From positions 297,285 through 317,284 of the forward strand of contig JACPUC010000019.1 in assembly GCA_016192455.1 (NCBI GenBank): a stretch of DNA of 20,000 nucleotides, written 5' to 3'. How positions within the stretch are numbered: the first letter of the stretch is position 1; every line of letters begins with the position of its first letter. The DNA comes from Candidatus Tectimicrobiota bacterium. Its GTDB lineage: Bacteria; JACPUC01. The translations under genes were made by a program, and so were the position numbers. The notes beneath the pieces were generated by a model that was not told the origin of the DNA, ran no database searches, and saw only the letters and a program-made list of their open reading frames with translations. Of this stretch, positions 10,702 to 18,332 are shown one piece after another.

Positions 10702-11817
10702 TCAATGGGTTGCGGCCTCGCCGTGACCCATTTTTTCATGGATTGTCCGAAAATTGTCCGAATTCTGTCCGCGCAGGTAGTTCTGCATGCGCCTCATTGC
10801 GTCGCGGAGATCACGCTCGTTGGTGATGTCGTAGCGGTCGAAAACGCTCCGCGTGCGGTGGCCGCTTACCGCCATCGCCACCGTTTCCGGCACCCCTGCC
10901 CGCACCATGTTGCGTACCGCCGTACGGCGCAGGTCATGGAAGAGCTTTCCCGGCACCCCAGCCTCCCGGCAGGCGTTCCGCCAGGATTTGCGAAACTCGC
11001 GGATCATGCGACCGTCGCAATGAAAGACGTATTCTGCTAGGAACGTGGTCTTCCCCGCCTTCACTCGTCGCGCTGCCCAACACCGCTCAATCAACTCCCA
11101 GAGGTCCCCCTCAAGGCTGAGGGTGCGTCCCCGCTCATTCTTGGACGCCTCAGGCTTCAGGTGCGCCACACGACCCCCACGGTCAATATCAGACCATGTA
11201 AGCGAGGCGATCTCCCCTTTCCGCCAGCCAGTCAGGTAGGCGAAACGGGTGAAATCCCGCAGGTAGGCAGGGAGTTCTCTCACCACTGGCTCTAATTCGG
11301 CATGCTCAAAATACCCTTGCCTCGCATTCCTTTCGGGAAGCCTTCGTATCCGCGGGCAAGAAGAGACGCGGCCCCGCTCCATCGCAAGCTTGAACGCCTG
11401 CCCCAGAAGCTGCGTCTCCCGGTTGATGGTAGCAGGCTTTCGCCCAGCCTCTAACCGCTGAAGGATATAGCGGTCAACGTCCTCCGCCGTCACATCTACG
11501 ACCCGTCGTTGCCCGAAGCTGTCTTCAATAGCGCGGAGATGTGACCGAAACTGTGCTGCACCCTTCCCACCTTGCAGCTCGTAATGCTGCCGAAGAGCTT
11601 GAAACAACTCACTCACCAGAATGCGCTCTTGCTCAGGGCCTATGAACTGTCGAGCACCAAGCTGATCTGCTGCCACCTCGCGGAGCCTCTTGCGCAGGAA
11701 GCGCTCCGCCTCCCTACGATCCTCCGAGCCGCTGCTCTCGCGGTATTCCTGGCCACGGAGGCAGTAGGAAATCCACCACCTCCGGCCTCGTCGGAATACC
11801 CGGCCTTGACCATGCAT
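10702..11817 (-). CDS. Tyrosine recombinase / phage integrase
   Basis: N-terminal arm-binding-like RWWISY..G..YRESSG, KPATINRE, catalytic R (TGWRKGEI), K (SKN), HDLRR, SGHRT..VFDRY. Confidence 0.95.
   Translation of the reverse strand: MHGQGRVFRRGRRWWISYCLRGQEYRESSGSEDRREAERFLRKRLREVAADQLGARQFIGPEQERILVSELFQALRQHYELQGGKGAAQFRSHLRAIEDSFGQRRVVDVTAEDVDRYILQRLEAGRKPATINRETQLLGQAFKLAMERGRVSSCPRIRRLPERNARQGYFEHAELEPVVRELPAYLRDFTRFAYLTGWRKGEIASLTWSDIDRGGRVAHLKPEASKNERGRTLSLEGDLWELIERCWAARRVKAGKTTFLAEYVFHCDGRMIREFRKSWRNACREAGVPGKLFHDLRRTAVRNMVRAGVPETVAMAVSGHRTRSVFDRYDITNERDLRDAMRRMQNYLRGQNSDNFRTIHEKMGHGEAATH
10704..10736 (+). terminator. Intrinsic terminator downstream of tRNA-fMet, encoded within the integrase 3' end
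   Basis: 13-bp stem AATGGGTTGCGGC/GCCGTGACCCATT (two G-U pairs), CTC loop, followed by a T-run. Confidence 0.7.
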
Positions 11818-11820
11818 ATG

Positions 11821-12171
11821 TCACGCCCTCCTCTGCTGCTGGCGAATGAAGCGTTCGATCCCCAGGGTCGAGAACCGAACGAACTTCCCCTGCCGCACCA
11901 CGAACGGCAGGCTACGGGTACGACGGTAGAGCCAGTCCACCGTCACACACAATTTCGCCGCAGCGTCTTCCACAGTCAAGAGGCGGTCCTCGGCAGGGCC
12001 TCCCACGGCATGCCTGCCATCGGCCTGGAGCGCCAGCAGCCGGCCCATGAGCGCGCCCTGGGCGACGGTGAGCTTCGCCAGCAGCGCTGTTGCCGCTTCC
12101 GGCGACAAGGCAGTGACCTGTGCTGGGTCGCCTGCGATGTCATCGAGAGATGGAACCGGTACAAGACCCAT
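11821..12171 (-). CDS. Excisionase-like helix-turn-helix protein
   Basis: RLLTVEDAAAKLCVTVDWLYRR...LPFVVRQGKFVRF..IERFI is an HTH_17/Xis-type motif; lies immediately upstream of the integrase. Confidence 0.8.
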   Translation of the reverse strand: MGLVPVPSLDDIAGDPAQVTALSPEAATALLAKLTVAQGALMGRLLALQADGRHAVGGPAEDRLLTVEDAAAKLCVTVDWLYRRTRSLPFVVRQGKFVRFSTLGIERFIRQQQRRA

Positions 12172-12338
12172 CTGTTACCGCTCAGGCCCTCTGGACAAAG
12201 GAGGGCCATGATTTCACCCTACGCGATCTACATGAACAACCTGCAAGCTCTCATCGAAACGTCCATGTACAGAACCTACTCTTGGGATGAGCGTTTACCA
12301 GGAGGCTTACCCCCGATCTACGTGAGCCGTGCAGCTTG

Positions 12339-12758
12339 TTACTCACTGCCTTCGGGTTCAATCTCCTCGATAGTGCCATCGACGTGCTTTTTTGCAGAGT
12401 GAACGATCCTCAGAGCCTCTGCCCCAAGGTTGGCGGCGCCAAGCCTGCATACCTCGTTGGCGGTGTAAGTCACCAAGCCCTCAGGCACCAACCGCTTCGC
12501 CTCCTCCTTAGCCACCAGCGCCACCTTCTCGTTGAGCACCCCGGACCAGATGATGACGACGCTCTTCCCGGCGCGAAAGCGCTCCTCCGCCTCCTCTACC
12601 TGGAGTCGTCGCACGATCTCCTGCTTGTGCTCGCGCAGGGTGGCGCGCAGCTCTTCAGAGACGGCGCCGGGCGGCGCATTGAGGCGGAGTTTCTCCCCAC
12701 ACACCTCATACTCCACGCCCAGGTCGCGCAGTCTTGCCAACAGTTCGGTCGCCATCAT
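12339..12758 (-). CDS. Small protein with TubC-N-like N-terminal domain, coupled to the primase
   Basis: ELLARLRDLGVEYEVCGEKLRLNAPPGAVSEELRATLREHKQEI resembles the TubC N-terminal docking fold. Its start overlaps the primase stop (12755-12758). Confidence 0.65.
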   Translation of the reverse strand: MMATELLARLRDLGVEYEVCGEKLRLNAPPGAVSEELRATLREHKQEIVRRLQVEEAEERFRAGKSVVIIWSGVLNEKVALVAKEEAKRLVPEGLVTYTANEVCRLGAANLGAEALRIVHSAKKHVDGTIEEIEPEGSE

Positions 12759-15199
12759 ATCTCGATGATCTCCCGATCCTCTTCATCGTTCTCTGCGTCC
12801 TCCCCGTCTCCGCCGTGAGTCCTCAAGGTTAAGTCCCGCAAATCGCCGTCACCTCTGTCACCGCCGTCATCGTCTTGTGAATTCAATGAGTTACAGGTGA
12901 CACCCTGGAGTGCCGGTGACTGGGCGCAGGCCGTCTCTACCGCCTCGTCGTCACCTTCGCCGTCACCGCTAAGTTGTTGATGTTTTTGGCGCTTTGTTGA
13001 GTCGTGCTGCCGGGTGACGCGGGTGACGGCGTTTCGCGCCTCTTTGCGAATAATGATGCTACGGCGCTTCTTCGAGCGATCCCACTCAACGCTGATCCCC
13101 ACTTGGCGCAAGCCAGGGGCGAGACGCCGCAGGCGCTGCGCAAGGGTGCTGGCATTTCTTGGCCAGCCGCGCCGCTTGGTAAGCGATTCTTTCCCCTGAT
13201 CCCCCAGCATCCCTTCGAGGGCGCCCAGAAGCTCGGTCGCCATCCCGAGCCATTCGGAATCCCGTTTTTCCATAAACTCCTCAAGCACCAGAGCGACCTC
13301 ATCGACCTGCAGCAGCTCCTCCACGGCACCTCTCCGGTTGCCCTCGTATGCTTGGAGGAATTCGCCGCTCTTCCAGGGCAGGGCTTCCTCGGCTGCGGCG
13401 ACCCACCGGGCCACGTCTGCCATGCGCGGTAACCGTGTCAGGTGGGTGCTTCGCAGATTCCGCAACGCGGCGCACACTGCATCGAGGAGCGCGCCCAGTA
13501 TTCTGGGCTGTGCCTGTTCGAACCCAAGCCACAGCTCGTCTTCCGTGGTCCGGGCCGTATCGCTCAGATGCGGGAGTTCGACGAAGATCGATCGGTCGGC
13601 AAGGTCCTGACGCTGGGCCGGGTTGTTGATGGCATTGAGCAGCACCGGCCGAGTCGCCTCGAAGATGATCTCGTCGGCATCGGTGTAAAGCTTGCGCGTC
13701 CCCAACCCGCCGCCTGTCGCCATGCGGCAGAGCGCGTCCGAGAGCCACGGGGCGATGGTTCCCAGGTTGTCGAACCCTAGAATCCATGCCTGGGATGCCG
13801 ACACCACCAGATCTCGCTCTTCGCGGGGTGCGGAGCGAGCTGGCGCGGCGTTTGGGTCCACGAGCGCACGCAGCAACCTGGCGGTGGTCGATTTGGCGCT
13901 TCCCTGCTCACCCGTGAGGACGAGCACTGGATATGGTCCCATGCCCCTCAACACCGCCAGGAGCCAGCCGACCACTAGCCTGAAGTCATCCTCGCCTGAG
14001 AGGTTCAAGAATCCCCGCAGCTCCATGATGGAGCCGCCACGAAGCGGGGCTAGAAGAGGACGCATCCCGCCACCGCGGGTGAACTTCACCGGAGGACTCG
14101 TGACCAGCCGCCACCCCTCCGCGGTGAGTTCGACGGCCCGCCATTCTGCATCGCAGAGGTCCAAGTAGATGACGCCCTCTTTCCGCGCAACGCGCAGGAA
14201 GACGGACTCCTCGCGCCCCTCGAACTGGGCCTGCGCCTCCAGCGTGGCCAACGCCTCCTGAAGCGCGGCGGCATTCGCCGACCTTCGCCCTTGGCTGTAA
14301 AACCGGTACCGCAACCACCGCTCAAAACCGTTACTTCGGATCAGCCACGTTTCTCGGTGCTCGCCGCTCGATAGGCTGGCGTAGGCCCTGCCATCCTTGT
14401 CGTGGAAGAGGTTTGCCTCGCGCGCCAGCTCGACGAGCATCTGAGCCTGGGATGGGTTGCCGCCCTGGTCCTTCGTCTCTTCTTCAGACGCCTCATCCTG
14501 AGCATCAGTGATCCTCGCACCGTGTGCAGCTTGCGGCATCTTTGGATCGAAGGGGGCCGTTGCCTCAATGAGCTGGAGCAGGTCATCCACAGTTGCCCCC
14601 TGGTTGAGGAAGTCGCTGACATCTCCCCCGGTTGCTTCCAGCGGCAGCAAGACGTTCTTCACTTCCGCGGCAACACGTCTCAGCGCCTTGCAGACCTTGA
14701 CCGCCCCAACTTGGCCCTTGTCATCTGGGTCATTCACGTCGTAGATCACCACCACCCTCTTACCAACAAATTGCGGCGTCCACCCCTTCTTCCACGTGCC
14801 GGCTCCACCTGTGCTCGTCACGGCAGGTAGCCCGACATCCAGGAGCTTCATCCAATCCCATTCCCCCTCACATAGAATTAGGCGATCATGCGAAGTATCA
14901 CCCAAAAGGAACGCCTTCGAGCCCCGGCTGAAGCTCCAGCGTCTGGCCTTGTCCTTCTCCCTGAACCGGTAGCAGTGCTGGCTCTTGCCGTCGGAAGAGG
15001 TGAAAGCGATGCATGGTTCGCCCCCGATGGTGCCACTGCGCGCGCCCGCTTGCTTCAACGTCTCCAGTTGGTAGCTCTTGCCGTTTCGGTGCAACCACTC
15101 AAGCGCTTCCCCGTCGAGCTGACGCAGACGCTCCACCTGCCAGCCTGAAGTGGTCCGCTGGCTGTAATAGCTGCGGGATTCTTTAGCCGTGAGACTCAT
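12755..15199 (-). CDS. TOPRIM primase fused to P-loop ATPase/helicase (element replication protein)
   Basis: TOPRIM LILCEGEWD...VVVIYDVND..G...GGDVSDF, Walker A GEQGSAKST, Walker B-like ILGFDN, RKLYTD. RBS AGGTAGG upstream. Confidence 0.85.
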   Translation of the reverse strand: MSLTAKESRSYYSQRTTSGWQVERLRQLDGEALEWLHRNGKSYQLETLKQAGARSGTIGGEPCIAFTSSDGKSQHCYRFREKDKARRWSFSRGSKAFLLGDTSHDRLILCEGEWDWMKLLDVGLPAVTSTGGAGTWKKGWTPQFVGKRVVVIYDVNDPDDKGQVGAVKVCKALRRVAAEVKNVLLPLEATGGDVSDFLNQGATVDDLLQLIEATAPFDPKMPQAAHGARITDAQDEASEEETKDQGGNPSQAQMLVELAREANLFHDKDGRAYASLSSGEHRETWLIRSNGFERWLRYRFYSQGRRSANAAALQEALATLEAQAQFEGREESVFLRVARKEGVIYLDLCDAEWRAVELTAEGWRLVTSPPVKFTRGGGMRPLLAPLRGGSIMELRGFLNLSGEDDFRLVVGWLLAVLRGMGPYPVLVLTGEQGSAKSTTARLLRALVDPNAAPARSAPREERDLVVSASQAWILGFDNLGTIAPWLSDALCRMATGGGLGTRKLYTDADEIIFEATRPVLLNAINNPAQRQDLADRSIFVELPHLSDTARTTEDELWLGFEQAQPRILGALLDAVCAALRNLRSTHLTRLPRMADVARWVAAAEEALPWKSGEFLQAYEGNRRGAVEELLQVDEVALVLEEFMEKRDSEWLGMATELLGALEGMLGDQGKESLTKRRGWPRNASTLAQRLRRLAPGLRQVGISVEWDRSKKRRSIIIRKEARNAVTRVTRQHDSTKRQKHQQLSGDGEGDDEAVETACAQSPALQGVTCNSLNSQDDDGGDRGDGDLRDLTLRTHGGDGEDAENDEEDREIIEI
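12848..13027. repeat. GTCACC/GGTGAC iteron-like array within the primase 3' end (candidate origin)
   Basis: GTCAYC at 12848, 12857, 12866, 12950 and 12962; inverted GGTGAC at 12896, 12915, 13013 and 13022; the groups flank two AT-rich segments. Confidence 0.6.
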
Positions 15200-15216
15200 C
15201 GCGCCTACCTACTTCA

Positions 15217-15345
15217 AAACAAAAAACCCCAATGCAGTGGCCCGGCAGGAACGGGACCGCATTGGGGCTTAACACTCGCGAGTGTCGTCCTTGGTGCCCT
15301 TACTGGCCACCCGTTCCTGCGCCGCCCCAGGCGGCACGGGCATAA
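15217..15345 (-). ncRNA. Structured leader of the primase operon: terminator plus C4/CI-like antisense element
   Basis: Stem CCCCAATGC(15227-35)/GCATTGGGG(15259-67) with a U-tail on the minus strand; its loop region 15245-15255 is perfectly complementary to 15310-15320; further hairpins at 15271-15286 and 15319-15337. Confidence 0.55.
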
Positions 15346-15418
15346 CACCCTTTCATCTATGGAGTTTCAAAAATAGGAGGGCACTCTTATTTTTGAAAAG
15401 GCGGGCAGGAACGCTAAG

Positions 15419-16456
15419 TTATTGATTTCCATGGCCTAGCGTGTCAAGTTTCTGGGGGTCAAATAATTGTTCACGTTGCGGTCCTTCCAATTGTTCTAGA
15501 TGTGCAATTAACTCTGGGCATGGCTCCTGGCAATCGCCACCGTGGTCCGGATGCTTTGGGCACGAAGGGCAAAGCTCTTGTTGATCACGGAGCTTCGGCT
15601 GGACTTCACGGGGGTCACGCCGCTGGTATGGTTTTCCGTGAATGAGCTCATAGGCCTTTGCAAAATTAGCATGAACCCATTGAAGAGACTCTCCCGGGAA
15701 TTCTCGATCAACTATTTGCTGATAGGTCAGACGCTCCTCCCTACGCAAATCCCAAATCTTAAAAGCTTTCTGAGCTTCTTCAAAGCGCGTCCTAATATCC
15801 TGTATCTTTATATCGTAAGACTTCATGATCGTTTGCATCTTCTCAATTATCGTTCCAATACGATCTAATAAAACCTTTACAGGAACACGTAGATTAACTT
15901 TAAGAGTTATTTTTGTATGAGGGTAGATATTACGTTTGATCAACTTATTATAACGTCCCTCGCGCATAAGGTTCACTGCTTTTTGCTTTTCTTCTAATGT
16001 TTTGTACTCAAAAAATGCATTCGATATTTCGCTATTCATTGCATCATATTCTTCACAAGTGATGGCTCCATCTAACCAATATTCATTCACATCAAGATGC
16101 AACAATACACCCGGAATTCGTTCCTCAATATTCCAGTCAAGAGATGGAAACACTGGACAGAAAAGACCCCACTTCGACTTAAAGGATTCCATCATACAGG
16201 CCGTAGGTGTCATTTCCGGATAGAATTCATATTCACTCCAATATGGGATATATTCATGATTCTCATCAACATACGGTGAAGGCGGCTGTGGTTTTCCGTT
16301 CATCTGCAGAACCCAACGATAGTGGTATTCATCATTTTCCTTTAGCCATTCCAAGGATTGCTCAAATTCCCAAATATATCTTGGGTTTCTCCTTATCGCT
16401 TGCCAACGAATCCATGCCCTTTTAGCGTACCTATCAGCTTGCTCAGGTATCTCCAT
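15419..16456 (-). CDS. AT-rich hypothetical protein, putative transcriptional regulator (DUF6499/DUF2285-like motifs, Cys-rich tail)
   Basis: 345-aa ORF in an AT-rich tract (15901-15960 has 18/60 G+C). Motifs WQAIRRNPRY, KWGL, and an HTH-like IWDLRREERLTYQQIVDREFP; C-terminal CPSC..H...C..PC. Confidence 0.6.
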   Translation of the reverse strand: MEIPEQADRYAKRAWIRWQAIRRNPRYIWEFEQSLEWLKENDEYHYRWVLQMNGKPQPPSPYVDENHEYIPYWSEYEFYPEMTPTACMMESFKSKWGLFCPVFPSLDWNIEERIPGVLLHLDVNEYWLDGAITCEEYDAMNSEISNAFFEYKTLEEKQKAVNLMREGRYNKLIKRNIYPHTKITLKVNLRVPVKVLLDRIGTIIEKMQTIMKSYDIKIQDIRTRFEEAQKAFKIWDLRREERLTYQQIVDREFPGESLQWVHANFAKAYELIHGKPYQRRDPREVQPKLRDQQELCPSCPKHPDHGGDCQEPCPELIAHLEQLEGPQREQLFDPQKLDTLGHGNQ

Positions 16457-16866
16457 CGGCTCACCCTCTCAGCAACGCCCAATATCACGGAAATGTTACT
16501 GAAAATCAAAAAATCCGCCCGCCAACCAATTTAATCCCTTCGCCACCCCGCGGGGGAGGACCTCCCCCTACCCCCCCTGGGGTGCCTGCTCCAAGCCTGC
16601 CGTTTCTCGCCCCACCTTCCCGCGCACGCACCACCTCATCACATCACTCTGATAGCAACACCCCACCATCGCCGGAGCATTCTCCCACCTCAGCACACGC
16701 GCCGTCCATCGCCCCCTCGCTATCAGAATGATAGCAGCATCACCTTGCTTGCGCTGCACCTCCGCCACCTCATCCTACCACGCTCCCACGACTCCGCAGC
16801 ATCATTTTGATCGCAGCGCTCCCGCCCCCTGCTTCTCTTCCGCACCCTCTTTCTTCCACTTCGATA

Positions 16867-16895
16867 TTGACAGCTAGTCCATGCGCTACTATATT
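16867..16895 (+). promoter_or_regulatory. sigma70 promoter of ardC
   Basis: TTGACA (16867-16872), 17 nt, then TATATT (16890-16895). Confidence 0.7.
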
Positions 16896-17012
16896 ACCAT
16901 CATCAAGGGCAGGAGAGAAGGAAGCAGCATACACCGCGCTCCTTCTACTCCGCGCAGGCATTTCTTTGCCTGCTCACATGACAACTAGTGCAACTCAGGA
17001 AGGGAGCACGAC

Positions 17013-17828
17013 ATGAGCAGGAGTCAGGAGCACGTCAGGCAAACCTTGCAGACCGTCTTGCAGAAGTTCGAGTCAGGCGACATCGCCCCCGCCGTCGCCG
17101 CCGCCGTCTTCCCGCCGCCTGATCTCCCGATGAATCGCTGGTCTCTCATGAATCGCACCCTCTGCTTCATCGCCGGCACCTCTGACGCCCGCGGCTTCCG
17201 CCAATGGAAGCAGGCAGGCCGCCACGTCAAGAAAGGCGCGCGCGCAATCCACATCCTCGCACCGCGCACCATCAAGGTCGAGAACGACGAGACGGGCGAA
17301 GAAGAGCACCGTCTCATCGGTTTCAACGCTGTTCCGGTCTTCCGCGTCGAGGATACCGACGGCTCACCCCTCACCTATCAAGAGCCGGAGGTGCCGGCAC
17401 ACCCCTTGCTCGACGTGGCGCACGCCTGGGGAGTCAGCATCAGCGCTGAGTTCTGCCAGGGGAAGTACCTGGGATACTTCCGCCCCGCCACGCGGCACAT
17501 CGTCCTTGCCTCGCCCCAAGCCACCGTCTTCTTCCACGAGCTCGCCCACGCCGCCCACGAGCGCGTCCTGCGGGAGCGCGGCGACACCCTCAAGGGTGGC
17601 CAGGACTGGAAGCAGGAGATCGTGGCGGAGCTTTCCGCCACCGTCCTGGGCTTGCTCTACGGCGTCGCCTGGGAGCGCAGCAGCGGCGCCGCCTATCGCT
17701 ACATCGACTCCTACGCGCGCAAAGCGAAGAAAGACGTGCTGAGAGGCTGCGCCGCAGTGCTCGCCGACGTGGAAAAGGTGCTCACCCTCATCGTGCAGAC
17801 AAGCACCGTGAGCAGCATCGTCGCCTGA
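17013..17828 (+). CDS. ardC: ArdC-like antirestriction protein (ssDNA-binding N-domain plus zincin-like metallopeptidase)
   Basis: RGFRQWKQAGRHVKKGARAIHILAP, VFRVEDTDG, HELAH (HExxH), QEIVAEL, YIDSY. RBS GGGAG upstream. Confidence 0.82.
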   Translation: MSRSQEHVRQTLQTVLQKFESGDIAPAVAAAVFPPPDLPMNRWSLMNRTLCFIAGTSDARGFRQWKQAGRHVKKGARAIHILAPRTIKVENDETGEEEHRLIGFNAVPVFRVEDTDGSPLTYQEPEVPAHPLLDVAHAWGVSISAEFCQGKYLGYFRPATRHIVLASPQATVFFHELAHAAHERVLRERGDTLKGGQDWKQEIVAELSATVLGLLYGVAWERSSGAAYRYIDSYARKAKKDVLRGCAAVLADVEKVLTLIVQTSTVSSIVA

Positions 17829-17833
17829 CGCGG

Positions 17834-17856
17834 AGGGGCATTCATTTGCCCCTTTA
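17834..17856 (+). terminator. Hairpin/terminator after ardC
   Basis: AGGGGCA-ttcatt-TGCCCCT followed by a short T-rich tail. Confidence 0.5.
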
Positions 17857-17857
17857 C

Positions 17858-17885
17858 TTGACATCTAGCACATGCAGCTTATAAT
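17858..17885 (+). promoter_or_regulatory. Consensus sigma70 promoter
   Basis: TTGACA (17858-17863), 16 nt, then TATAAT (17880-17885). Confidence 0.75.
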
Positions 17886-17898
17886 GAAGGAGAGCAGC

Positions 17899-18321
17899 GT
17901 GTTGAACCTCTACCAAGCCATCCTCGCCGAAGGGGGAATCAGGAGCTATCGCAACGGCCACCTCAAAGAAGAGTTGCAAGTTATCCCGCTCTGTCTGCGC
18001 CGGCGCCGCGGCTTGCCCCTCGATGAGATGATCGACACCCTGCGCGCCTACGGCTTCTGGTTCGAGTCGGAATCTGATCTGCTCGACGCCATTGCCAGGT
18101 ACAGGAAGACCGCCGAAGACCTGCCCCCCAAGCCGGAGCGCGAGTTCCCGACGCTGCGTGAGGTGCAGCGCCACCACTTGCAGACGGCGCTCGACAAGAC
18201 CGGCGGCAATATCAGGCAGGCCGCCCAGCTCCTCGACGTGCCTTACGTCTCGATGCAGCGGCATGTGAAGCGGTATCGGCTGCGCACGGCAAGCAACAGC
18301 CACGTCGAGGCGCCGTTCTAA
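17899..18321 (+). CDS. Protein with uncharacterised N-domain and C-terminal Fis-type HTH
   Basis: TLREVQRHHLQTALDKTGGNIRQAAQLLDV is an HTH_8/Fis motif. GTG 17899 after AAGGAG is preferred over 17872, which lies inside the promoter. Confidence 0.72.
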   Translation: MLNLYQAILAEGGIRSYRNGHLKEELQVIPLCLRRRRGLPLDEMIDTLRAYGFWFESESDLLDAIARYRKTAEDLPPKPEREFPTLREVQRHHLQTALDKTGGNIRQAAQLLDVPYVSMQRHVKRYRLRTASNSHVEAPF

Positions 18322-18332
18322 GGGGGGAAGCC

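Noticed and set aside
15419-16456. Considered the Cys-containing 345-aa ORF as a compact Cas12f/TnpB-like effector for the array
   Set aside because: No RuvC catalytic motifs are recognisable, it is more than 3 kb from the array, and its motifs fit a regulator better.
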